Shown here: one piece after another, positions 8,025 through 16,472 of the stretch
How the letters are laid out: each line of letters begins with the position of its first letter
Position numbering within the stretch: position 1 is the stretch's first letter
Assembly: GCA_038736825.1 (NCBI GenBank)
Contig: JAVYME010000003.1
Coordinates: 23,763 to 55,762 of the forward strand
Reading direction: 5' to 3'
DNA length: 32,000 bases
Source: Candidatus Iainarchaeum sp.
Lineage (GTDB): Archaea; Iainarchaeota; Iainarchaeia; Iainarchaeales; DTGL01
Made by a program: the position numbers and the translations under genes
The notes under the pieces: generated by a model
The model's database searches: none
Seen by the model: the letters and a program-made list of their open reading frames with translations, nothing else
Told to the model about the DNA's origin: nothing

Positions 8025-10711
8025 GTTTTTTCTTTTCCTTTGAGTCCGTCTAAAATCATTTTTTTCTCTTCTACTAGCACTACGTGTTTTATTTGTTCCA
8101 CTGCGTCTATGTTGGCGGACAACGAGTCTATGCCGTACCTTATGAGTTTTGTTACCATTTCTGGATTGCTTGCCGCTTGCCCGCAAATTGATGTTGTGAC
8201 GCCTGCTGCTTTGCATTTTTCTATTACTCTTTTGAGTGATCTCATTATTGCTGGGTGGAGTTCGCTGAAGTGTTTTTGGATTTTTTCATTGTTTCTGTCA
8301 ATGCCCAGGGTTAATTGTGTTAAGTCATTTGTGCCAAATGAAATGAAGTCTATTCCTTCTTCAATCAATTCTTCTATTATCCAAACGCTTGCTGGGGTTT
8401 CAACCATTACTCCGAATTCAAGTTTTCCTTTTTCTCTTTCCAAGCCTATTTCTTTTGCTATTGCTTTTGCTTTTCTAACCTCTTGCTCTGAAATTACAAA
8501 TGGCAACATTATGCCAATGTTTGAATAGCCTTTGTCCAAAAGCTGTTTTATTGCAATGAATTGTGCTTTCAAGAGTTCTGGTTCATCCAAGTCTCTTCTT
8601 ATTCCGTGCCAGCCCAGCATGGGGTTTTCTTCAGCTGGTTCTTTTTCTCCGCCTTTGAGGTTTCTGTATTCGTCGGTTCTTGCGTCAAATGTCCTGTACC
8701 AAACTGGTTTTCCTTCAAAGTGTTTTAAGACTGCTTCAATTCCGTCTCTTACGGCTCTTACCAAGAGGTCTCTTCGCCCCATGCGCAAGTATTCTGCTGG
8801 GTGCACTCCTGATGAAGTAATCATGTGTTCTGCTCTGAGCAAGCCCACGCCGTCAGCGCCTGTTGCTGCTGCCTTTTCTGCTGCTTCTGGCAATGCCACG
8901 TTTACTTTGACTTTTGCAGAGATTTTTTCCAGCAATTCTTTTAGTTCTTTGGATTCTTTTTCGTATTCGCTTTCACTCATTTCTGCTGCAACTTTTTCCC
9001 CGAATTCTTCTATGACTTTTTTTGCTTCAGCTTGCATTGCGGCTTTTTCAGTTTCTTCGTCTTCGCGTTCCTCTAACTCGAGAATTTTTTCAGCTTCTTC
9101 CCTTTCTCTTTCCTCTTTTTTTAGTTCTTCTTCAGCTTCTTTTATTTTTTGCTTCATTTCTCTTTCGTCTTTTATTAGGTCTGCTATGCCTGTAAGGCCC
9201 GGCTTTGGCTCGCAAACCATTGGTTTGAGCTTTAACTGTTTTTGTTGTTTTGATTGTTTTTGCATTTTTAGCTTTATTGCGTCTTCAAGCCTGTCAATTT
9301 CTTCAAGGTGGATGATTTTTTCCTCGGTTTTTTTTTCTATTTTTATTTCTACTCTGCCTTCATAAACAAAGCCCTTGTAGCCGTTCAAGGTGACTGTTTG
9401 TCCGTCTTTGAGTTTTTTTGTTGCATCTATTGCTCCTACAATGCAGGGAATGCCTAGTTCCCTGCTTACTATTGCTGCATGGCAGGTTGTGCCGCCTTCA
9501 TCTGTTATTATTCCTGAGGCTTTTTTCATTACTGGCACCCAGTCTGGATTGGTCATTTTTGTAACCAGTATGTCTCCTTCTTTCACTCGTTCTATTTCTT
9601 TTACTGTTGGCACAATCCTAATGCTACCAACCGCAATTCCTGGTGATGCGGCAAGGCCGTCAATTAAAACTTTTGCATCAAGTGCTTCTAGGGCTTCTCT
9701 TCTTTCGCGTTCTTTTTCGACTTTGTCTTTTAGGCTGAGGGTTGTTATGGCGCGGCTTTGCAGTATTAGCACGCAACCGTTTTCTATTGCCCATTCTATG
9801 TCTTGTGGTGCGCCATAGTGTTCTTCTATTTGTTTTCCAAGTGCAGCAACTTCAATTATTTGTCTGTCTGAAAGCTTTTGTTTTCGTCCTTTTCCTTCTG
9901 GTAAAATTATTTTTCTGTTTGTTTTGCCTCCCCTGACAAGCTTCCATTCCTGTCTGGCTATTTTTTTCTCCAAAAGCCTCATTTTTCCTTTATCCACTAG
10001 GTAAGTGTCTGGGGTGACGCTGCCGGAAACAATGGCTTCTCCCAAGCCAAAAACAGCTTCAACTATTATTTTGGAGGTATCCCCTGTTGGGTCTGCTGTG
10101 AACATTACTCCGCTTACTTCTGAGTCCACCATTTTTTGCACTACTACTGCAATTCCCACTTTTTCGGTTGAAAAGCCCTGCTTTTTTCTATAATATACTG
10201 CGCGTGCTGTGAAAAGGGATGCCCAGCACCTTTTTACTGCTTCAACCACTGCTTCTTTTCCCATTATGTTTAGGTATGTTTCTTGTTGGCCTGCAAAGCT
10301 TGCTTCAGGTAAGTCTTCAGCGGTTGCTGAGCTTCTTACTGCTACATAGGGTAATTCGCTTGAAGTCAGCCATGCCAGCCTTGACTCTCCAAGTTTTGCA
10401 TATGCGAGCATTATTTCGTTTTTTAGTTCTTCTCCCATTTTTGTTTTCAGGATGAGTGAGCGGACTTCTGCTGTTGCTGTTTTTAGCTCTTCAGTGTTGT
10501 CAACATTTATTGCGTCAATTTTTTTCACTATTTTTGGTTTTAGGCCTGTTTCGTTCAAAAAGGCAAAATATGCTTTGGATGTGACAATAAAGCCGCCTGG
10601 AACTGGAAAGTTGGCGTTTGTCATTTCGCCCAAGTTTGCGCCTTTGCCTCCGACAAGGGGAATGCTGTTTTTGTCCACTTCAGCGAAGAGCACAATGTTT
10701 TTTTCAGGCAT
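8021..10711 (-). CDS. ppsA: Phosphoenolpyruvate synthase (pyruvate, water dikinase) with a large linker insertion
   Basis: VGGKGANLGEM (ATP-grasp N-domain), the phospho-His motif GGTTCHAAIVSRELGIPCIVG, and the C-terminal TIM-barrel motifs GVGLLRAEHM, FISFGTNDLTQLTLG and ICGQAAS. TATA (TTAATATA, rc of 10734-10741) is centred ~26 nt upstream of the ATG, which looks leaderless. Confidence 0.93.
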   Translation of the reverse strand: MPEKNIVLFAEVDKNSIPLVGGKGANLGEMTNANFPVPGGFIVTSKAYFAFLNETGLKPKIVKKIDAINVDNTEELKTATAEVRSLILKTKMGEELKNEIMLAYAKLGESRLAWLTSSELPYVAVRSSATAEDLPEASFAGQQETYLNIMGKEAVVEAVKRCWASLFTARAVYYRKKQGFSTEKVGIAVVVQKMVDSEVSGVMFTADPTGDTSKIIVEAVFGLGEAIVSGSVTPDTYLVDKGKMRLLEKKIARQEWKLVRGGKTNRKIILPEGKGRKQKLSDRQIIEVAALGKQIEEHYGAPQDIEWAIENGCVLILQSRAITTLSLKDKVEKERERREALEALDAKVLIDGLAASPGIAVGSIRIVPTVKEIERVKEGDILVTKMTNPDWVPVMKKASGIITDEGGTTCHAAIVSRELGIPCIVGAIDATKKLKDGQTVTLNGYKGFVYEGRVEIKIEKKTEEKIIHLEEIDRLEDAIKLKMQKQSKQQKQLKLKPMVCEPKPGLTGIADLIKDEREMKQKIKEAEEELKKEEREREEAEKILELEEREDEETEKAAMQAEAKKVIEEFGEKVAAEMSESEYEKESKELKELLEKISAKVKVNVALPEAAEKAAATGADGVGLLRAEHMITSSGVHPAEYLRMGRRDLLVRAVRDGIEAVLKHFEGKPVWYRTFDARTDEYRNLKGGEKEPAEENPMLGWHGIRRDLDEPELLKAQFIAIKQLLDKGYSNIGIMLPFVISEQEVRKAKAIAKEIGLEREKGKLEFGVMVETPASVWIIEELIEEGIDFISFGTNDLTQLTLGIDRNNEKIQKHFSELHPAIMRSLKRVIEKCKAAGVTTSICGQAASNPEMVTKLIRYGIDSLSANIDAVEQIKHVVLVEEKKMILDGLKGKEKT

Positions 10712-10832
10712 GGATAAGAGAAATGCAGAAGAAGTATATTAATGTTTCGCGAAGGGTTTTGGAAGCAGGCAAAAAGGCGTTTAATGGCAAAAAGAATTAA
10801 ATTGGCGTGCTTTCTTTGACTGCTGTTTTTTT

Positions 10833-11531
10833 TTATTTTTTGCCTTTTTCTTCTTCTTTTTTGGCGCTTTTCTCTTCTTTCTTTTCTTCTTTGCCTGCTT
10901 TTTCTTCTTTTGCGGTTTCTGTTGTTTCTGCGGCTGTAACCCCTTCGGTTTCTTTTTTTTCTGCTTCCGCTATTTTTACAGCGCGCGGTCTTGTGCCAAT
11001 GGATTCAGTGTCAGTGTGCACTTTCACTTTGCACTTGCATGGTATTTTTGAGTTTGCCCTTAAAAGCCCGCTTTTTGCTGTTTCAATGTTGGCTTCATCC
11101 ACGAGCACGCTGATAAGCACTTGGCCTTTTTTTATTCTGATTGCCCTGCCTATTGGTTTTCCAAAGGCATGGCTCATTCCTTGTGAGACACGGTCTGCTC
11201 CAGCGCCTTGTGCTTGTTTGTTTTCGCGCATTATGTGGTAAGGGTAAACCCTTATGCGCATGAAATAGTTTTCTTTTCCAGCCTTGTTGTGCAAGTACCT
11301 GTTTACTGCCATTCTGGCGGATTCCATTGCGTTGTCTCTGATTTGGGCTGGTTCTTCTGCTATTAGGTCCAGAATGTGTGAATAGTTTTTTGCTGGATTG
11401 CCCATATTGAATTGTTTTATTCTTACAACCGGGCTTGTGCCTATATAGTTTTTTTCGTGGACTGTTACTGCGGTTCTCGTGTATGCTCTGTCTTTGAGCG
11501 TGCTATAACAATGACCGGGTCTTAAACCCAT
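10833..11531 (-). CDS. rpl10e: 50S ribosomal protein L10e (uL16) with a K/E-rich C-terminal tail
   Basis: MGLRPGHCY, RVYPYHIMRENK and GADRVSQGMSHAFGKPIG. AGGTG lies upstream of the ATG. The last ~60 aa are E/K/T/A low complexity. Confidence 0.93.
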   Translation of the reverse strand: MGLRPGHCYSTLKDRAYTRTAVTVHEKNYIGTSPVVRIKQFNMGNPAKNYSHILDLIAEEPAQIRDNAMESARMAVNRYLHNKAGKENYFMRIRVYPYHIMRENKQAQGAGADRVSQGMSHAFGKPIGRAIRIKKGQVLISVLVDEANIETAKSGLLRANSKIPCKCKVKVHTDTESIGTRPRAVKIAEAEKKETEGVTAAETTETAKEEKAGKEEKKEEKSAKKEEEKGKK

Positions 11532-11634
11532 AAATCACACCTTTAAAGATAACATGCACTAAAATCAGCGCAATATAGGAAAATTCCAAGAATGGGTTTA
11601 AAAAGATAATTATTCGGGGTGCTTTTTGGTGTTT

Positions 11635-12009
11635 TTACTTTGGCTTGCGCTTGGGAGGCATTCTTTTGATTGTTTGCCGTTTTGGCTTGGAATGCCTCGG
11701 CAAAGGGTTTTGTGTTGCCCTTTTTTGAATTTCTTGCTTGTGCAGTTCTATTGCCTTTTGTGTAAGTCTTGCTCTGGCTTCACTGGTTTTCAGGCCTTTT
11801 GCAATATTTAATATTTGGGCTGAATTGTGGGTTTTTATGAGTGTTCTCCAGCCAAGAGCATCCCAGTAAAGTCTTGGGATTTTTTCTTTGAATCCAAAAA
11901 TTCGCCCGAGTGCAAGAAATCTTGCTCTTGCGCCTGGAACTTGCTCCATTATTTTTTTGATTTCTTCGGGTGAAAGGTAGGGGCTAGGGCATATTCCAGA
12001 GTTTGCCAT
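11635..12009 (-). CDS. Hypothetical small basic protein (124 aa)
   Basis: An intact ORF with ATG start and its own A/T-rich box ~30 nt upstream. The C-terminus is strongly basic (RHSKPKRQTIKRMPPKRKPK). I recognise no family. Confidence 0.5.
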   Translation of the reverse strand: MANSGICPSPYLSPEEIKKIMEQVPGARARFLALGRIFGFKEKIPRLYWDALGWRTLIKTHNSAQILNIAKGLKTSEARARLTQKAIELHKQEIQKRATQNPLPRHSKPKRQTIKRMPPKRKPK

Positions 12010-12078
12010 TTCAATAACCTGTTTAACCTAAACGCTTTTATTTGCTTTTTTTAATGGAGTGATTTTTTTTTGCAAAAG

Positions 12079-12149
12079 AGCGGGATGAGGAAGTCGAATC
12101 CTCTTCCCCCGGTCTGCAGCCGGGTGCATAGCCGTTCTGCCAATCCCGC
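12079..12149 (-). tRNA. tRNA-Cys (anticodon GCA), 71 nt, no intron, no encoded CCA
   Basis: Hand-folded cloverleaf on the minus strand. Acceptor GCGGGAT/ATCCCGC. D-arm GCAG-AACGGCT-ATGC with the G13:A22 mismatch typical of tRNA-Cys. Anticodon stem CCCGG/CCGGG with loop CTGCAGA. 4-nt variable region. T-arm GAGGA-TTCGACT-TCCTC. Discriminator U73, the tRNA-Cys identity element. Confidence 0.85.
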
Positions 12150-12150
12150 G

Positions 12151-12160
12151 TTATAAAAAT
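12151..12160 (+). promoter_or_regulatory. TATA box (TTATAAAAAT) upstream of the ThiI-like gene
   Basis: A TATA-like element ~45-50 nt upstream of ATG 12205, immediately abutting the 5' end of the divergent tRNA. Confidence 0.4.
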
Positions 12161-12204
12161 AGTGTTTGAATTGTTTTTTAATATTTAGTTGCTTCACTTT
12201 TCCT

Positions 12205-13110
12205 ATGCTTGAACCGAATTTGTTGTTGGTAAAGCCGTCTCCTGAAATATTTTTGAAAAGCGAAAAGGTGAAGGTTTACTTTAACAAAAAATTGAGGGAA
12301 AACATAAAGTGTGCCTTGCATAACAACAAAATCGGTTTTTTTGGTTTGGAGCAAGGTCGTGGAAGAATGTTTTTGCAGTGCAAGAATCTCCTTAAAGCGC
12401 AAAGCGTTTTGTGCAGGGTTTTCGGAATACATTCGCTGGCGCCAGCCTTTGCTTTTTCTGCGACTGATTTGGAATCAGTCAAGGAAACTGTTGTGGAGTT
12501 CTGTCAGGGCCGTGTGGGGAAAGGGTCTTTTGCTGTTAGGGCTTCAAGGAGCGGGGAACAGCCTTATTCAAGCCAGGAGATTGAAAGGGCGGCTGGCGCT
12601 GCAATGCTGCAAGCGTTTCCATTCCTTAAAGTGGATCTTTCTGCGCCTGATGTGGTTGTTTCAATAGAGTTGTTTGAAGAAAAAGCAGTTTGTTATGTAG
12701 AAGAAATTGATTGTTTTGGGGGTTTGCCGCAAGGAGTTGAAGGCGCAATAGGAATGTTTTTTTCAGGAAAAAAAGAGGAAGCAGTTGCAGCCTGGCTTTT
12801 GATGAAACGCGGCTGCAATATATTCCCCATAGGCAAAAACACCCCTTCAGTTCGCAAAAACCTTTCACTTCTTGAACCCTGGAATGCTTACAGGAAATTC
12901 ATGCTTACCAATCCAAAAAATCTGGAAAAACTCATTGTTGAAAGGGAAACACTAGTGCTTGCCTCGGCAGAAAACCGCACTTCAAAAAAAGATTTTGCCA
13001 AATACGAAAAAAACGACAAAAAAATGCCCTTGCCTGTCCTAAGACCCTTGCTGTTTTTGCCAAAAAAGGAATTAAACCGGCTTTTGCAAACAATTAAGGC
13101 TTTAAAATAA
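12205..13110 (+). CDS. ThiI-like THUMP-domain protein with degenerate, shortened PP-loop domain
   Basis: From ATG 12205 the product starts MLEPNLLLVKPSPEIFLKSEKVKVYFNKKL (ThiI N-terminal ferredoxin-like domain). FAVRASRSGEQPYSSQEIERAAG and VDLSAPDVVVSIELFEEKAVCYVEEIDCFGGLPQGVEG match the THUMP domain and linker. The PP-loop position reads SGKKEE instead of SGGxDS. The C-terminal VLRPLLFLPKKELNRL resembles the ThiI RPL..dK.EI motif. Length is ~301 aa. Confidence 0.7.
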   Translation: MLEPNLLLVKPSPEIFLKSEKVKVYFNKKLRENIKCALHNNKIGFFGLEQGRGRMFLQCKNLLKAQSVLCRVFGIHSLAPAFAFSATDLESVKETVVEFCQGRVGKGSFAVRASRSGEQPYSSQEIERAAGAAMLQAFPFLKVDLSAPDVVVSIELFEEKAVCYVEEIDCFGGLPQGVEGAIGMFFSGKKEEAVAAWLLMKRGCNIFPIGKNTPSVRKNLSLLEPWNAYRKFMLTNPKNLEKLIVERETLVLASAENRTSKKDFAKYEKNDKKMPLPVLRPLLFLPKKELNRLLQTIKALK

Positions 13111-13135
13111 TTGAGGCTTTCTCTTAAAGATTTGA

Positions 13136-14380
13136 ATGAAACTGGTTTTCCTTTCAGATTTCCACTTGGGCTTTTCACAGCCAGAAAGAGAAGAAGAGGC
13201 TTTTGAAAACGCAATGTCCGCAATGAAGACAGCATTAATGGAAAAGCCTGACTTGATTGTTTTCACTGGAGACCTATTCCATGAAAAGATTCCATCCCAT
13301 GAAACCCTTTTAGAGGCATTCAAAATCCTTTCACTGCCACGCTTGCAAAAATTTGGGGCTGCAACCATTGAAAAGGAAACCAGCGAGGGCAGGATTGCAA
13401 TAGACTGCCCTGGCATTCCAGTAATAGCAATCCATGGAACTCACGAACAAAGGGAAAAAAACAGCACTAATGCCTTGGAATTATTGGAGGGCGCTGGCTT
13501 TATAGTTTACCTTCACGCTGAAAAGGCTTGCTTTGAAAGACACAGGGAAAAAATAGTCTTTCATGGATTGGGCGGAGTCCCTGAACTAAAAGCAAGGGAC
13601 GCACTCAAGCAATGGAATCCACTCCCAGAACCAGGAGCATTAAATGTTCTCTTATTGCACCAATCCTTTAAGGAATTCCTGCCTTTTGAAGACGAAATGA
13701 TTGCAACACTTTCCCTTTCAGACCTTCCCAAGGGCTTTGACCTAATTGTAAACGGCCACCTGCACTGGAGCAACGAATTGCAAGACAACGGCATTCACTT
13801 GCTAATGCCAGGCTCAACAATAATAACGCAAATGAAAAACCTTGAATCCAAAAAGAAAAAGGGCTTTTTTGTTTTTGAAACCAAGGGATTGAAGGCAAAA
13901 TTTGTGGAAATACCGGGACAACGCGAATTCTTTTACAAAAAAATCTCCTTGAACACAGCCAATGCTGAAGAAGCAAGAGAGGCAGCAAGAGATGCAATAA
14001 GCGAAATCCTTGGTGAAAAAAAATTTCAAAAAATGCCGCTTGTAAAGCTAAAGGTTGGAGGCAGCCTTGCAAAAGGCTTTTCCGCTGAAGACATTGACTT
14101 TAGCATTGTGGAAATGTCTTTTTTGGGAAAAGCAATTGTTTCAATAGACCATTCCTTCAAGGAAGAATCATTCAGCAAAAAAATAAAAGAATTGAGCATG
14201 CTCCAACAACAAAAAAAATCACTTGGCGAGCTAGGCTTTGAAATACTGGAAAAAAACCTGAAAGAAACCGAGTTTGAAAACGCTTTTGACGCTCGCGGCG
14301 TTTTTGAATTGCTTGAAAAAGGCGAAAACGAAAAAGCACTGGAATTAATTATTTCCTCTGCAAGAGAAAAAAAGCAATAA
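13136..14380 (+). CDS. mre11: Mre11-like DNA repair metallophosphoesterase
   Basis: Phosphoesterase motifs in order: LSDFHLG, FTGDLFH, AIHGTHE (normally GNHD/E), LLLHQ, NGHLH. It can be aligned by eye with Pyrococcus Mre11 through the nuclease and capping domains. The C-terminus is charged. Confidence 0.75.
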   Translation: MKLVFLSDFHLGFSQPEREEEAFENAMSAMKTALMEKPDLIVFTGDLFHEKIPSHETLLEAFKILSLPRLQKFGAATIEKETSEGRIAIDCPGIPVIAIHGTHEQREKNSTNALELLEGAGFIVYLHAEKACFERHREKIVFHGLGGVPELKARDALKQWNPLPEPGALNVLLLHQSFKEFLPFEDEMIATLSLSDLPKGFDLIVNGHLHWSNELQDNGIHLLMPGSTIITQMKNLESKKKKGFFVFETKGLKAKFVEIPGQREFFYKKISLNTANAEEAREAARDAISEILGEKKFQKMPLVKLKVGGSLAKGFSAEDIDFSIVEMSFLGKAIVSIDHSFKEESFSKKIKELSMLQQQKKSLGELGFEILEKNLKETEFENAFDARGVFELLEKGENEKALELIISSAREKKQ

Positions 14381-14508
14381 AAACAAACAACAGCCAGTTT
14401 TCGTTCATTGCCGATTTTAACCAATAACTATTTATTTCTTTATTCAACCATTATTTAACTGTTTTAATGCTGTTTAGATGATTTTTACCTGTCTATGGAG
14501 GAATTTTT

Positions 14509-16461
14509 ATGGTGGCAACAAAGTGGGTTACTGAAAGAGACCAAAACGGCTGTTTTTGGCCAACAGAAGCAATGAAAAAAAAGGCAAATGTTTCTGACGC
14601 CAAAATTTACGAAAAGGCTGCAAACAACCCAGAAAAGTTTTGGGCGGAAAAAGCAAAAGAAGGCCTTGAATGGTTTGAACCCTTCAAGACAATCTATGAA
14701 TGGAATCCACCCCACTACAAATGGTTTTTGGGCGGAAAAATCAATGCTTCCTATAATTGCCTTGACCGACACGTAAAAGCCGGCAAAGGAAAAAAAGCAG
14801 CAATAATATGGGTGCCAGAACCAGTTAACGAAAAACCCATTACAATAACCTATAATGAATTGTTTGAAAAAGTTCAAAAGTTTGCCAATGCACTCAAATC
14901 GCTTGGAGTCAAAAAAGGCGATCGTGTTGGAATCTATCTGCCAATGATTCCAGAAGTGCAGATTGCAATGCTTGCCTGTGCAAGAATTGGGGCAATCCAC
15001 AGCGTTTGCTTTTCAGCCTTTTCAGGTGAATCCCTGAAAGCAAGGCTTTTGGACAGCAATGCAAAAGTGCTTATAACAAGTGACGGCTATTACAGGCGCG
15101 GCACTCCCTTAAACCTGAAAAGCAATGCAGACATTGCAGTTGAAGGAACAAGCGTTACAAAAGTTGTCGTGGTAAAAAGAGCCGGCATAGATGTTTCAAT
15201 GAAACCAGGGCGCGATTATTGGTTCCACGACCTAATGGCAAAAGCGCCAAAAGACTGTCCTGCAGAACCAGTTGATTCCGAACACATGCTGTTCACTCTT
15301 TACACTAGTGGCACAACCGGAAAACCAAAAGGAATAGTTCACGAAACAGGCGGGTATATGACACAAGCATATTGGTCCTGCAAGTGGACTTTTGACCTGC
15401 ATGACGATGACATTTTTTGGTGCACTGCCGACATTGGCTGGGTAACAGGCCACACCTATAATTGCTATGGACCGCTTTCTGTTGGCGCAACAATGCTGTT
15501 TTTTGAAGGAGCACCAGACTTTCCAGACAAGGATCGCTGGTGGCAGGTTGTCGAAGAAAACAAAGTAACAGTGTTCTACACTGCACCCACTGCAATAAGA
15601 ATGTTTGCCTTGTGGGGAGAACAATACCCAAAAAAGCACAATCTTGAATCCCTCAGGCTTTTAGGCACAGTTGGAGAACCAATAGACGAAGAAGCCTGGC
15701 TATGGTATTTCAAAAACATAGGTGGCTCGCGCTGCCCGATTGTGGACACATGGTGGCAGACAGAAACCGGTGCACTATTAATTTCAGCCCTGCCAGGAAT
15801 TGGTCCCTTTGTGCCAACAGTTGCAGGAAGGCCTTTCCCGGGAGTAACAGCAGAAATTGTTGACGATCAAGGCAAGCCAGTCGGAAAAGGCGAAGGCGGC
15901 TTTTTGATTCTAAAAAGCCCTTTCCCGCCAGCAATGCTGCGCACCATTTACAACGATGACGAAAAATATGTTTCAACCTATTTCACAGAATACGGGCCAA
16001 ACATCTATTTCACTGGAGATGGAGCGCGATGGTTTGATGAAAACAACATCAGGGTTACTGGAAGGGTTGACGATGTAATGAAAGTCGCAGGCCACAGGCT
16101 TTCAACAGCAGAAGTTGAAAACGCAGTAGCCTCACACCCAAAAGTCAGCGAGTGCGCTGTCGTGCCAAGACCACACGAAATAAAGAACGAAGTGCCAATA
16201 GCCTTTGTTGTGCTCAAAGGAACAAGCCCAAGCGACGAACTCAAAAAAGAATTAATGGAACACGTGAAAAAAGAAATAGGGCCAACCGCAAAACCCGAAG
16301 AAATTTATTTCGTGAACGAACTGCCAAAAACAAGAAGTGGCAAAATAATGAGAAGAATGCTCAAATCGCTTCTCACAAACAAGCCATTGGGTGACGCAAC
16401 CACTTTGCAAAACCCTCACACAGTGGAACACTTGAAAGAAATCACTGGCTACAAGGGGTAA
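14509..16461 (+). CDS. acs: Acetyl-CoA synthetase (AMP-forming)
   Basis: YTSGTTGKPKG, YFTGDGARWFDENNIRVTGRVDDVMKVAGHRLSTAEVE and the C-terminal TRSGKIMRR. GGAGG (14497-14501) lies 7 nt before the ATG. Confidence 0.95.
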   Translation: MVATKWVTERDQNGCFWPTEAMKKKANVSDAKIYEKAANNPEKFWAEKAKEGLEWFEPFKTIYEWNPPHYKWFLGGKINASYNCLDRHVKAGKGKKAAIIWVPEPVNEKPITITYNELFEKVQKFANALKSLGVKKGDRVGIYLPMIPEVQIAMLACARIGAIHSVCFSAFSGESLKARLLDSNAKVLITSDGYYRRGTPLNLKSNADIAVEGTSVTKVVVVKRAGIDVSMKPGRDYWFHDLMAKAPKDCPAEPVDSEHMLFTLYTSGTTGKPKGIVHETGGYMTQAYWSCKWTFDLHDDDIFWCTADIGWVTGHTYNCYGPLSVGATMLFFEGAPDFPDKDRWWQVVEENKVTVFYTAPTAIRMFALWGEQYPKKHNLESLRLLGTVGEPIDEEAWLWYFKNIGGSRCPIVDTWWQTETGALLISALPGIGPFVPTVAGRPFPGVTAEIVDDQGKPVGKGEGGFLILKSPFPPAMLRTIYNDDEKYVSTYFTEYGPNIYFTGDGARWFDENNIRVTGRVDDVMKVAGHRLSTAEVENAVASHPKVSECAVVPRPHEIKNEVPIAFVVLKGTSPSDELKKELMEHVKKEIGPTAKPEEIYFVNELPKTRSGKIMRRMLKSLLTNKPLGDATTLQNPHTVEHLKEITGYKG

Positions 16462-16472
16462 AAATTTTGAAT

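Noticed and set aside
8025-8216. An Arg/Lys-rich 64-aa N-terminal extension of the Dph2 ORF as given in the track.
   Set aside because: It overlaps the conserved C-terminus of ppsA in another frame. The internal ATG at 8024 gives a normal-length Dph2 starting MIKPEFSIE and forms an ATGA overlap with the ppsA stop.
8918-9349. The possibility that the PpsA insertion is an intein or a mobile insertion.
   Set aside because: There is no Cys/Ser/Thr plus His-Asn splice-junction pattern, and no Hint or homing-endonuclease blocks. The composition is simple K/E low complexity, in frame with both flanks.
8532-9365. A 277-aa plus-strand ORF rich in Ser/Phe.
   Set aside because: It is antisense to ppsA, largely over its K/E-rich insertion, and is a low-complexity mirror of GAA/AAG codons.
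12079-12149. I checked tRNA-Cys for an intron, an encoded CCA or a split-tRNA arrangement.
   Set aside because: The anticodon loop is a canonical 7 nt (CTGCAGA), the cloverleaf is continuous, and the 3' flank is CTTTTG, not CCA. It is an ordinary tRNA gene.
14485-15000. A 171-aa minus-strand ORF, and other antisense ORFs at 15232-15639, 16604-17125, 10807-11241, 20050-20394 and 20848-21249.
   Set aside because: All lie opposite genes with unambiguous family motifs (acs, top6A, rpl10e, rio1, aIF1A/DUF424) and have no independent signals.
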